Source: Nitrospinaceae bacterium
GTDB lineage: Bacteria; Nitrospinota; Nitrospinia; Nitrospinales; Nitrospinaceae
Direction: 5' to 3'
NCBI GenBank assembly: GCA_965237905.1
Contig: OZ250172.1
Location: 1,216,001-1,280,000, forward strand
DNA length: 64,000 bases
Position numbers and translations under genes: made by a program. Numbering within the stretch: the stretch's first letter is position 1; each line of letters begins with the position of its first letter. Below the pieces are notes generated by a model. It ran no database searches, was not told the origin of the DNA, and saw only the letters and a program-made list of their open reading frames with translations. Positions 48,354 to 57,490 of this stretch are shown here, piece by piece.

Positions 48354-49505
48354 ATGAAACCTGCTGATTATTACAAAGGAAGAGAACAAACCTATTTAAA
48401 GCACTTTTTCTTAGAACATTATTTAGAAAAGGTGGCTCATAAAGTAGGCTTTTATAATCCCAATTTTACGTATGTTGACGGATTTTCAGGTCCCTGGAAA
48501 TCAGAAGATGAAGATTACCAAGATACTTCTTTTGGGATCGCTTTAAATCAATTGCGGATTGCAAGAAAGAATCTTGAAGCACACAAAAGGTATTTAAATT
48601 TAAAATGCCTTTTTATTGAAAAGGGACGGAAAGCCTATCAAGAATTGGAAAAGCAGATCAAAAGTGTGGATGACTTGGAAGCAAAATCCATTCATGGCCG
48701 CTTCGAGGACCTAATACCTGAAATTAAAAATTTTATCGGAAATTCTTTTTCTTTCACATTTATTGATCCCACAGGTTGGACCGGTTTTGCGCTTAATAAA
48801 ATTCAACCCATCTTATTAAACCAAGGAGAGGTTTTAATTAATTTCATGTTTGGTTTTATAAATCGCTTCATAAATTTTCAAGACCAAAAAAATATCGAAA
48901 CTTTTAATAATTTATTTGGAAGCTCGGACTGGAGGGATGAATTAGAAATCGAAATAGCTGGCGGAAAGTCTGACGAGGAGGCCATTTTAACTATTTATTT
49001 AAATCGATTAAAGAAAATTGGAAATTATCCTTTTGTGACTTATACCAAGATATTAAAACCTATTACGGAAAAATCTTTTTTTCATTTAATTTATGGAACC
49101 CGAAATTTGGAAGGACTCAAAGTTTTTAGTAAGATCGAAGAAAAATTATTTAAAGAACAAACGTTTGTCCGAGGTGAAGCTAAACAAAGAAAGCGGGTTG
49201 AAAAAACCGGTCAAGGGGAATTATTTGGATCCGATTTCTTGTCTGAGAATTCCAGACTACTGATTAACGACCGAAATAACAATTTACAAAACGCTGAAAT
49301 TGATCTAAGAAAATTTATTTCAGAGAAAAAATCAATTAAAGGCCAAGAAGTTTTGGGTAGATTTTTAGAGTATCCTTTTGTTTGGGAAAACGATATTAAT
49401 GAGTGGGTAATTAAGAAACTTAAGAAATCAGGTTCGATTGAAATCCCTAATATGAGCCTTCGAGAGCGAACTTTAAAACCTCATCATCAAATTTTAAAAA
49501 AATAA
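48354..49505 (+). CDS. tcmP: Three-Cys-motif partner protein TcmP (methyltransferase-like fold)
   Basis: QTYLKHFFLEHYL, YVDGFSGPW, FIEK, FTFIDPTG, EVLINFM, FHLIYGTRN; adjacent to DUF5131; strongly AT-rich. Confidence 0.85.
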   Translation: MKPADYYKGREQTYLKHFFLEHYLEKVAHKVGFYNPNFTYVDGFSGPWKSEDEDYQDTSFGIALNQLRIARKNLEAHKRYLNLKCLFIEKGRKAYQELEKQIKSVDDLEAKSIHGRFEDLIPEIKNFIGNSFSFTFIDPTGWTGFALNKIQPILLNQGEVLINFMFGFINRFINFQDQKNIETFNNLFGSSDWRDELEIEIAGGKSDEEAILTIYLNRLKKIGNYPFVTYTKILKPITEKSFFHLIYGTRNLEGLKVFSKIEEKLFKEQTFVRGEAKQRKRVEKTGQGELFGSDFLSENSRLLINDRNNNLQNAEIDLRKFISEKKSIKGQEVLGRFLEYPFVWENDINEWVIKKLKKSGSIEIPNMSLRERTLKPHHQILKK

Positions 49506-49517
49506 ACCTGACATTTA

Positions 49518-50165
49518 CTAGTTTTTTTTCAACATCGGTTTGAGGTATTGGAAGACGGTTTGGGTGACGATGGCATAGCCGTTGGCGAGGGGGTGAACGC
49601 CGTCAGGTTGGGTGAGTTCGGGACGCGCCGCGACGTTCTCCAAAAAAAACGGTATGAGCGGAACTTCATATTGTTTTGCCAGCAGGATAAACGACTCCCG
49701 GAAATCCTTACTGTATTCGGCACCCAGGTTGGGGGTGATCTCCATCCCCGCCAACAGAACCTTCGCGCCTTTTTTTTGGCAGATTTCGATGATCGTCCCC
49801 AGGTTTTTGCGCATCTCGCTGATCGGCAGACCGCGCAGGCCGTCGTTGGCGCCCAGTTCGAGGATGACGATCTTCGGCTCATGCTGTAACACCCAGCTGA
49901 TGCGCGCCACGCCGCCAGCCGTGGTGTCGCCCGATACCCCGGCGTTGACCACCTTATAATGGTACCCTTTCTCATCCAGAAGCCGTTGCAGACGAGCGGG
50001 ATAGCTGCCCCGCATATTCACGCCGAACCCGGCGGTGAGGCTGTCTCCGAAGGCGAGAATCACGGGTTCGCCGTATCCAGTGGAAGCATTCATCAAGATC
50101 ACCCCAAATAAAAACACGGAAAAAAGGTTTGTAAGTAGACGTCGGACTCTGTAACAATATTTCAT
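49518..50165 (-). CDS. tesA: SGNH arylesterase / acyl-CoA thioesterase I
   Basis: FGDSLTAG, NAGVSGDTT, LELGANDGLRG, DGVHP; divergent from ybbA; start uncertain. Confidence 0.9.
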   Translation of the reverse strand: MKYCYRVRRLLTNLFSVFLFGVILMNASTGYGEPVILAFGDSLTAGFGVNMRGSYPARLQRLLDEKGYHYKVVNAGVSGDTTAGGVARISWVLQHEPKIVILELGANDGLRGLPISEMRKNLGTIIEICQKKGAKVLLAGMEITPNLGAEYSKDFRESFILLAKQYEVPLIPFFLENVAARPELTQPDGVHPLANGYAIVTQTVFQYLKPMLKKN

Positions 50166-50188
50166 AAGCCTACTCTCACGGAAACCCA

Positions 50189-50875
50189 ATGATCGGAATC
50201 CGACAACTCACCAAATCCCTGCACGGCGGCGGCCACCGGGTGGACATTCTCACCGGCATCGACCTGACCATTCCCGACGGCCAGTTCGTCGCCGTGACCG
50301 GTCCTTCCGGAAGCGGCAAGACCACCCTGCTCAGCCTGATCGCCGGGCTGGACGCGCCCACCGGCGGATCGATCGTGGTGGATGGTGAGGATATCACGAA
50401 ACTGAACGAAGATGAACTGGCCCTCCTGAGGGGCCGCCGGTTCGGTTTCGTCTTCCAGAACTTTCATCTCATCCCCACGCTGACTGCCATCGAGAACGTG
50501 ATCCTTGCGGCGGAGCTGACCGGCGCTTCCGGCGCGCATAAGAAATCCGAGGACCTGCTGGGTGTGGTGGGACTGGGCGACCGCCTGCACCATTACCCGT
50601 CGCAACTTTCCGGCGGCGAACAACAGAGACTGTCGCTGGCGCGCGCGTTCATCAACGAACCGGATATCGTGCTGGCGGACGAACCAACGGGCAATCTCGA
50701 TTCCAAAAACAGCGGGCGTATTCTCGATCTCATCACCGAACTGCACCGGGTGAAGCAGGCGACCATCATTCTCGTCACCCACGAGCCGCACGTTGCAGAA
50801 CGCACGCAACGCATCTTGACCATGGCCGACGGTCAAATCGTGACTGATACCCCGACTTCTGCGAGCGCGCGATGA
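50189..50875 (+). CDS. ybbA: ABC transporter ATP-binding protein (YbbA-like)
   Basis: GPSGSGKT, LSGGEQQR, LADEPTGNLD, VTH. Confidence 0.9.
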   Translation: MIGIRQLTKSLHGGGHRVDILTGIDLTIPDGQFVAVTGPSGSGKTTLLSLIAGLDAPTGGSIVVDGEDITKLNEDELALLRGRRFGFVFQNFHLIPTLTAIENVILAAELTGASGAHKKSEDLLGVVGLGDRLHHYPSQLSGGEQQRLSLARAFINEPDIVLADEPTGNLDSKNSGRILDLITELHRVKQATIILVTHEPHVAERTQRILTMADGQIVTDTPTSASAR

Positions 50876-53442
50876 CCACCGGCAAGCTGACCCTCCGCCA
50901 ACTGTTCGCGCTGGCGTTTGCCGAAACCCGCGGCGCAGGCAAGCGGTTTTTGTTTTTCGTCATCTGTCTCGCCATCGGTGTCGGCGCGGTGATGACGATC
51001 AAAAGCGTCTCGGACATCATGGAGCAAGCGATCCTCGGGGAATCGAAAAGCCTGCTGGCGGCGGATATCGAAATCAAAAGCAGTTGGCCGCAAAGCGAAG
51101 CCGACCGGGCTTACCAGAAATCCGCCCTGCCGGAATCCGAGTTTCAGCTTGTGCGCGAGGTACACGCCATGGCACGCTTCCCTTCCAATAAAGAAGGGCA
51201 CAACGGATCCCTGCTGGTGGAGTTGAAATCCGTTCCGACGGAACCGCCCCTGTATCCTTACTATGGAATCCTCAAAACGAAATCTGCGCTTCCAATTAAC
51301 AAGCTGTTGTTCGGAAGCGGGGCGCTGGTGGAACCGAATTTCTTGTTAAAGACTAAACTGAACGTCGGCGATTCGTTTCAACTGGGATCGGTCACCGCAC
51401 GCATTGCCGGAGTCATCGAAGGCGAACCGGATCGTATTTCGCTGGCGTTCAGTCTGGGTCCGCGGGTGATCGTGTCCAACGAAACCCTGGACCGATCCCA
51501 ACTCATCCAGCCCGGAAGCCGCATCACTCACAAAACATTGATCCGCGTGCCCAAGAGCATGGACCCGGAAAATGCCGTAACTCTGCTGGAGTTCGGGCTC
51601 AAGGACAAAGGCACATCCATCCGCACGTACCGCGACGTGGCGTCCAACCTCACCCAATCCGTCGACCGCATGGGAAAATATCTCGGATCGGTCGGGGTGA
51701 TCGCGTTGTTGATGGGCGGCATTGGTATTGCGATGATCATCCGCACCTTCATGGCGCAGAAGCTGGACACCATCGCCATTCTCAACTGCCTGGGTGCGAC
51801 GTCGCGCACGGTGTTTAAAGTATATCTATTACAGGCGGTTCTGCTGGGACTGATCGGAAGCGGATTGGGGGTCGGCATCGGTTACGGATTGCAATACCTG
51901 CTTCCTTCAAAAATGTCCGGGTTGTTGAACCTCCAGTTCGAACCGGGGTTTCTCTGGGTGCCGGCGGTCCAGTCTCTCAGTATGGGTTTGTTGACCACGT
52001 TGTTATTCACTCTGTGGCCGTTGATCCGCGCAGTGCAGACGCGTCCCTTGCGGTTGTTCCGCCACATCGCAGAGGAAGAGGAATTGTCGAAGGGATCGCG
52101 CCGGGAACGATGGGCCATGAGCGCCCTGTTTGCGCTGGGCCTCGCGGCCATTATTTTCTGGCAGGCGGAATCGGTCGAGCGCGGCATGGTGTTTCTGATT
52201 TCACTGGGGGTATCGGCGGGTCTCCTGGCAGGTATCTCGGCTCTGCTTCTCAAGGCGCTCCGCACACTGCCGCCGTCGAAACGCATGACACGGCGTTACG
52301 GTCTGGCCAATTTGTACCGGCCGAACAATCAGGCGGTATCGATCATCACTGCGCTGGGCATTGGCATCATGCTGGTGCTGTCGATCCGGCTGGTGCAAAT
52401 GGACATGATCGCCATGCTCAACAAAAATACCGATATCAAGCCGCCGAATTTTTTCTTTATCGATATTCAGAGGAGCCAGACCGAAACGCTCCAAAAAGTG
52501 GTCCACCAAACCGCGCCGGACGCCACACTGGAACTGACGCCCCTGGTGCGGTCCCGGTTTCATAGTATCGACGGACGCAAGGCGGAGAACTGGCAATACG
52601 AAAATAGGCACGATGAGGAATGGTTGATCAACAGGGAGTTCAGGATAACTTACATGATGGAACTGCCGAAACGGGACAACAGCATTATTGAGGGACGCTG
52701 GTGGAGCAAAGAGGAGGCTCAACTTTCGCAGGTGTCGCTGGAAGAGGACGTGGCCCAGCGGCTGGGCGCCACACTGGGATCGCAACTCATCATGAATATC
52801 CAGGGCCTTCCCATCACTGCGGAAGTGACCAGCATTCGCAAAGTGAGCTGGCGCAACATCCGCACCAATTTCTACATGATTTTTTCGCCCGGAGCGCTGG
52901 CGCAGGCGCCGGTGACCTATGTCGGCACGGTCAGCCTCGACAAGACACGGGAGATGGCCCTGCAGGAGGCAGTGGTGGATGCTCTGCCGAACATCACCGC
53001 GTTCGGCACGCGCGACATCGTCGATACGGTGGAGTCGGTGGTCAACAAACTACTGACACTGGTGGACTTTATGTCGGGCTTTGCGATTATATCCGGTTTG
53101 TTTATTTTATCGGGAGCCATTGCATCGACCAAGTTCCGGCGGTTGAAGGAATCAGCCATTCTGAAAACCCTGGGGGCGAAGCGCAGTGTGGTGGCGTCGA
53201 TTCTGGGTTATGAATACGCCATGCTGGGGGTGATTGCCGCAACTATCGGTGTCCTGCTTTCGTCGGGGCTGTCGTGGGCGGTGATGGAATACATCGTGAA
53301 ATCCGACTGGCACTTGAGAGTCGTTCCTCTGGCATGGGCCCTAGTGACGGCGATCATCCTCACCACCGTTACCGGCATCGTGAGCAGTCTCGACGTTCTG
53401 CGCAACAAACCGGTTCAAACCCTGCGCAAGGTAGACGCCTGA
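50872..53442 (+). CDS. ybbP: ABC transporter permease (YbbP-like, duplicated FtsX domain)
   Basis: CLAIGVGA, LLAAD, YPYYG, EPDR...LGPRV, PNFFFIDIQ; conserved tesA-ybbAP layout. Confidence 0.88.
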   Translation: MTTGKLTLRQLFALAFAETRGAGKRFLFFVICLAIGVGAVMTIKSVSDIMEQAILGESKSLLAADIEIKSSWPQSEADRAYQKSALPESEFQLVREVHAMARFPSNKEGHNGSLLVELKSVPTEPPLYPYYGILKTKSALPINKLLFGSGALVEPNFLLKTKLNVGDSFQLGSVTARIAGVIEGEPDRISLAFSLGPRVIVSNETLDRSQLIQPGSRITHKTLIRVPKSMDPENAVTLLEFGLKDKGTSIRTYRDVASNLTQSVDRMGKYLGSVGVIALLMGGIGIAMIIRTFMAQKLDTIAILNCLGATSRTVFKVYLLQAVLLGLIGSGLGVGIGYGLQYLLPSKMSGLLNLQFEPGFLWVPAVQSLSMGLLTTLLFTLWPLIRAVQTRPLRLFRHIAEEEELSKGSRRERWAMSALFALGLAAIIFWQAESVERGMVFLISLGVSAGLLAGISALLLKALRTLPPSKRMTRRYGLANLYRPNNQAVSIITALGIGIMLVLSIRLVQMDMIAMLNKNTDIKPPNFFFIDIQRSQTETLQKVVHQTAPDATLELTPLVRSRFHSIDGRKAENWQYENRHDEEWLINREFRITYMMELPKRDNSIIEGRWWSKEEAQLSQVSLEEDVAQRLGATLGSQLIMNIQGLPITAEVTSIRKVSWRNIRTNFYMIFSPGALAQAPVTYVGTVSLDKTREMALQEAVVDALPNITAFGTRDIVDTVESVVNKLLTLVDFMSGFAIISGLFILSGAIASTKFRRLKESAILKTLGAKRSVVASILGYEYAMLGVIAATIGVLLSSGLSWAVMEYIVKSDWHLRVVPLAWALVTAIILTTVTGIVSSLDVLRNKPVQTLRKVDA

Positions 53443-53456
53443 ATGAGGCAACGAAC

Positions 53457-53759
53457 TCAAAACTCCAGGGCAACCTGATCCCCTTCCACCTGCACCTTAT
53501 AGCTTTCGACTTTGGCCTGGGGATTGTTCTGGCATTGGCCACTGGTCACATCATACTGCCATCCATGCAGGGGACAGGTGATGATGTTTCCCTCCAGCTG
53601 GCCGGAACCCAGGGAGCCGCCTTTGTGCAAGCAGGTATCTTCCGTAGCACACCACTGTCCGCCCGCGTTGTAAACCGCGATCTCCTTGCCTTCCACCGTG
53701 AAGGTTTTGCATTGACCCTCGCCTATATCGGAAATTTTACATACCTGATGTAAAGCCAT
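53457..53759 (-). CDS. Rieske-type [2Fe-2S] ferredoxin
   Basis: CLHKGGSL...CPLHGWQYD; start ATG 53759 after GAGGA. Confidence 0.9.
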   Translation of the reverse strand: MALHQVCKISDIGEGQCKTFTVEGKEIAVYNAGGQWCATEDTCLHKGGSLGSGQLEGNIITCPLHGWQYDVTSGQCQNNPQAKVESYKVQVEGDQVALEF

Positions 53760-53936
53760 TATTCGATTCCTCAAAAGGGTTTGAATATCCATTTTCAAAT
53801 GAAACGGAACCATTTTAATATTTCTCTCTCTTAATAAAAATAAGATTCGATTGAATCGCCATGAAGTCGAATTTGTCAAACGATTGAGAATGTTATAAAA
53901 TTCGGAGTCAACATTGAATTTCAAGGATTATCGCCC

Positions 53937-54590
53937 ATGCCCTTGGATCGATTCCCTGTATTGACGAAAAGATTTCCCCGATCTTCCTTTAAGGTCCTAT
54001 TCTGTTCTTTCTTCTTGGTTTTATTGGGGTTGTGGCCAGGAGACTCCCCATGGCTTTGGGCCGACCCCAGGGATTATATTCATGAGCCCTATGAAGCGCC
54101 GCCGTATGTCCCGCCCCCGCCTCGCCAATCGAAAGTCCAACTGACGGACAATCAAGACGGCACTATCACCGACAATCACGGGTTGATGTGGACGCAGAAG
54201 GACAGCTATGCCGATCTGGAACAATGCCTGAACTGGTACCAATCGTATGACTATGTGAAGAAGCTGAAGACGGGCGGGCACAGCGACTGGCGCATGCCCA
54301 CCACGATGGAGCTGTACGGCATTTACGACGACACGATTGAAAATGTCCTGGCGTGGGACCACGACCCCGAAAATCCCCTGCACCTCGACAAACGGTTCGC
54401 GGACGGCGCAGCCTACTGGTACTGGTCAGGAGAAAAAGAGGATACGGATCTTACGGACTGTTGTGCTCCGGCCTTTTATTTTGTGAAGGGATTTTCCAAC
54501 GTGCGGCGGCTGTCCATGTGCTTAAACGGCGGCGTGCGTGCCGTACGAAACGCCGGACAGGGGAAACCGGAAGTCAGGAAACTCAAATGA
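53937..54590 (+). CDS. Secreted DUF1566 (Lcl C-terminal) domain protein
   Basis: DNQDGTITDNHGLMW, GGHSDWRMPT..EL, YWYWS, VRAVR. Confidence 0.85.
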   Translation: MPLDRFPVLTKRFPRSSFKVLFCSFFLVLLGLWPGDSPWLWADPRDYIHEPYEAPPYVPPPPRQSKVQLTDNQDGTITDNHGLMWTQKDSYADLEQCLNWYQSYDYVKKLKTGGHSDWRMPTTMELYGIYDDTIENVLAWDHDPENPLHLDKRFADGAAYWYWSGEKEDTDLTDCCAPAFYFVKGFSNVRRLSMCLNGGVRAVRNAGQGKPEVRKLK

Positions 54591-55195
54591 GATCACACTG
54601 GCAAACAGCAAAACGCGCTATCATGGTATTCTGCTTTTTGTTCTCGTTACTTACGCCCGCTGGCTGCGGCCCTGATGTGGATGAATCAACAATGCGAACA
54701 GATCATATCGAGTCTACCTATGACGGCGTACCTTGCAATGTCTATTTCTTTACCTCATGGTCGACCTACAGCCATCCAGTGCGGCCTCAAGACCCGCTCG
54801 ATCTCGAAGATGCGCTGAACCGGGAGGGCTACTACCGTGCCTGGATGGTCGGCGAGTCTGGAAAAGAGCTGTTCGTGTTTTTCGAAGCGGTTAGTAACAA
54901 CCGGCAGGAAACGCAAATTGCTCCCGAAGAAGAGCAAAGTGATCTGGCGGTAGGTTTTGTCATGTGGCGCGCGCAATACGACGGCGGGACCCTGACCAAA
55001 GGCCCCCGAATCAGCTATGGCGATGCGCTCCGCGAAAATGCGTTTCTCGTTCAACAGACCGGGTCGGGGAAAAACCTGAATCTCATCACCCAGACTGTCC
55101 AACTCAGTTATCGCTACATCTACCAGCCTGACGGCACCCTGAAAAAAATCATCATCACCAATCCGGACGGCAAGGTTAGCGAGCTTGACTATTAG
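54587..55195 (+). CDS. Hypothetical lipoprotein
   Basis: ATG overlaps the upstream stop (ATGA); hydrophobic signal ending PAGC. Confidence 0.65.
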   Translation: MRSHWQTAKRAIMVFCFLFSLLTPAGCGPDVDESTMRTDHIESTYDGVPCNVYFFTSWSTYSHPVRPQDPLDLEDALNREGYYRAWMVGESGKELFVFFEAVSNNRQETQIAPEEEQSDLAVGFVMWRAQYDGGTLTKGPRISYGDALRENAFLVQQTGSGKNLNLITQTVQLSYRYIYQPDGTLKKIIITNPDGKVSELDY

Positions 55196-55218
55196 AAGCG
55201 GTCGAGAAAATCCCATTT

Positions 55219-56661
55219 TTATGTGGCGTGGCTTGCGGGGAGATGGATCCGGAAGGTGCTGCCTTTACCGACTGAGCTGTCCACGCTCACGCTTCCGCCG
55301 TGCACCTGGGCGATGTGCTTGACGATGGCAAGGCCCAGTCCAGTGCCTCCCATTTCGCGGCTCCGATCCCTATCCACCCGGTAAAACCGTTCGAACAAAC
55401 GGGGGAAATGTTCCTTTTCGATGCCCCGGCCTTCATCGATCACCGCCACCGTGATTCCTCCCTCGCCAGCCACAACATCAACACGGACCTGCGTCGAGGG
55501 AAGGCTGTACTTGATGGCGTTGTCTACGAGATTGATCACCGCCTGCTCCAACAACTGCGGGTTGATCCGGGCCGTGACGCTCTCGGGGCAATCCAGCTCC
55601 ACGCGAACGGTTTTCTCGGAAGCCTTGGGAGCACACGCCTGGATCGCCATTTCCAGGACAGGCTTCAATCCGCTTTCCTCGATAATAATTTCCACTTTCT
55701 CTGAATCCTGCTCCAGTTGAGACAGACTGAGCAGGTCGTCGATGATAGCATTGAGACGGTCCGTTTGACTGGCCACGATCTCTAAAAACCGCTTGCTGTC
55801 TTCGGGTTTATCCAAAGCGCCGCCCAACAGGGTTTCGACGAATCCTTTAATGGAGGTGATGGGCGTTTTGAGTTCGTGAGAAACGTTGGCGACAAAATCG
55901 CGGCGTATGGTCTCCAGTTTACGTAGCCGATGAATACGGTCGTCCAGTTGGGCGGCCATGGTGTTGAGTGCTTCGGCGAGGCGGATCACGTCGTCGGGAC
56001 CTTCCACACGAATGCGCGAATCCAGTTGTCCGGACGCAAACCGTTCAGCGTTATCTTTCATCTCCGAGAGGGGACGGCTGATCCTCCGGGAGATATAGAG
56101 GCTGACGGGGGTCGCGGCCAAAGCGATCAACAAACCCGCCAGGATTATTTTCCACAGCATCCCCTTCAATGTTTCATCGATCACGGTCAAACGCACGGAG
56201 AGACGCACCACCCCCGCCAATTGCCCGTTGTGATCAACAGGAAGAGCCACGTACATCAAATTGGCGTTGAGGGTTCTACTGGTGCGGACCGAGGACCCCG
56301 TTTTCCCCGCTAAAGCTTCCTTCACTTCCGGACGGTCAGCATGATTATCCATGCGATCGGGATTTTCGTCGGAATCCCCGACCACGGTTCCGTCAGGAAG
56401 AATTAACGTGATCCGCTGTTCACCGGGTTGTCCCAGCGTTTCCGCCAGACGTTTCAGCGCCGGGATATTGACAGAAGCGAAGTGGTGAGACACCTGATGC
56501 TGGATCAAGCGGGCACGGGATTCCAAGTCGGCTGAAGTTTGTTCATTATAGAAATGGTGGAGGGCGCTGACCGTGTACCCTCCGATCGCCCCGAGGGACA
56601 ACAGAGTGATCAGCAGATAGGAAAGATAAAGCTGTCTGTGCAAAGTTCTTTTGAACATCAC
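55219..56661 (-). CDS. PhoR-like HAMP sensor histidine kinase
   Basis: Two TM segments, MDNHADRPEV, HAMP, RRDFVANVSHELKTP, NLVDNAIKY, FERFYRVD, GGTGLGL. Confidence 0.88.
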   Translation of the reverse strand: MMFKRTLHRQLYLSYLLITLLSLGAIGGYTVSALHHFYNEQTSADLESRARLIQHQVSHHFASVNIPALKRLAETLGQPGEQRITLILPDGTVVGDSDENPDRMDNHADRPEVKEALAGKTGSSVRTSRTLNANLMYVALPVDHNGQLAGVVRLSVRLTVIDETLKGMLWKIILAGLLIALAATPVSLYISRRISRPLSEMKDNAERFASGQLDSRIRVEGPDDVIRLAEALNTMAAQLDDRIHRLRKLETIRRDFVANVSHELKTPITSIKGFVETLLGGALDKPEDSKRFLEIVASQTDRLNAIIDDLLSLSQLEQDSEKVEIIIEESGLKPVLEMAIQACAPKASEKTVRVELDCPESVTARINPQLLEQAVINLVDNAIKYSLPSTQVRVDVVAGEGGITVAVIDEGRGIEKEHFPRLFERFYRVDRDRSREMGGTGLGLAIVKHIAQVHGGSVSVDSSVGKGSTFRIHLPASHAT

Positions 56662-57347
56662 GCTTCCTGAAACCGGTACCCCACCCCCCGTACCGTTTCA
56701 ATGTAGGTGGAACAATGATCCAATTTCCGGCGCAGGCCGACGATCTGGAAATCTACGGAGCGGTCGGTTACGGCATGGTCCTCCCCCCGAACTGCATCCA
56801 CGATCTGCCCGCGGGTAAACACCCAGCCGGGCCGGGTGGCGAGGGTCTGGAGAATACGGAATTCGGTGAACGTTAGATCGAGTTTTTTGTTCTCCAACAA
56901 CGCTTCATGGCGGCCGGGATGGATGACCAGATCGCCGATTTGAATCACATCCTTACCCTCCGGTATGGGAGAGCGTTTGCGGCGGAGTACTGCCTTCACC
57001 CGGCTCAACAGAACTTTAGGGCTGAACGGTTTGATCACATAATCATCCGCTCCCAATTCCAGTCCCGTGACGATGTCCGTCTCGTCCCCTTTGGCGGTGA
57101 CCATAATGACGGCAATACCCTGGGTGGCGGCGTCCCGTTTCAATTCCTTACAGACGTCCAGGCCGTCGAGACCGGGGAGCATCAAGTCGAGGAGCACCAA
57201 GTCAGGATTCCCGGTGCGGGCGGCTTCCAACCCTTTCTCTCCGCTGAGGACACAGCTGACCTGATAACCCTCTTTGGCTAGGTTGTACCGGATGAGTTCC
57301 TGGATATTTTCCTCGTCTTCCACGACCAGGATTTTTTCGGTGGGCAT
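56658..57347 (-). CDS. PhoB/OmpR-family response regulator
   Basis: VVEDE, LLDLMLPG, GADDYVIKPFSP, IETVRGVGY; GGAGG RBS before ATG 57347. Confidence 0.92.
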   Translation of the reverse strand: MPTEKILVVEDEENIQELIRYNLAKEGYQVSCVLSGEKGLEAARTGNPDLVLLDLMLPGLDGLDVCKELKRDAATQGIAVIMVTAKGDETDIVTGLELGADDYVIKPFSPKVLLSRVKAVLRRKRSPIPEGKDVIQIGDLVIHPGRHEALLENKKLDLTFTEFRILQTLATRPGWVFTRGQIVDAVRGEDHAVTDRSVDFQIVGLRRKLDHCSTYIETVRGVGYRFQEA

Positions 57348-57490
57348 GACCGCCTCCCTGTTTTCGGTTATTAATTTACCATTGAACAACAGGAATGTTA
57401 GATTTTAATTAGGAAGGGCCGCTGAGTCCTATCTTGCGGGCGAAAAAGGAGGATGAAAAAAAGATCTTCTGATTCAGGAGAAGCAAAGGT

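Noticed and set aside
53760..53936. Fur/Zur-like boxes between the Rieske ferredoxin and DUF1566 genes
   Set aside because: Only half-sites or weak palindromes (AAATG-N9-CATTT, AATGTTATA) in AT-rich DNA
913..54590. Diversity-generating retroelement targeting the FGE-like or DUF1566 genes (both C-type-lectin-fold families known as DGR targets)
   Set aside because: No reverse transcriptase and no template-repeat copy of either 3' end was seen in the window
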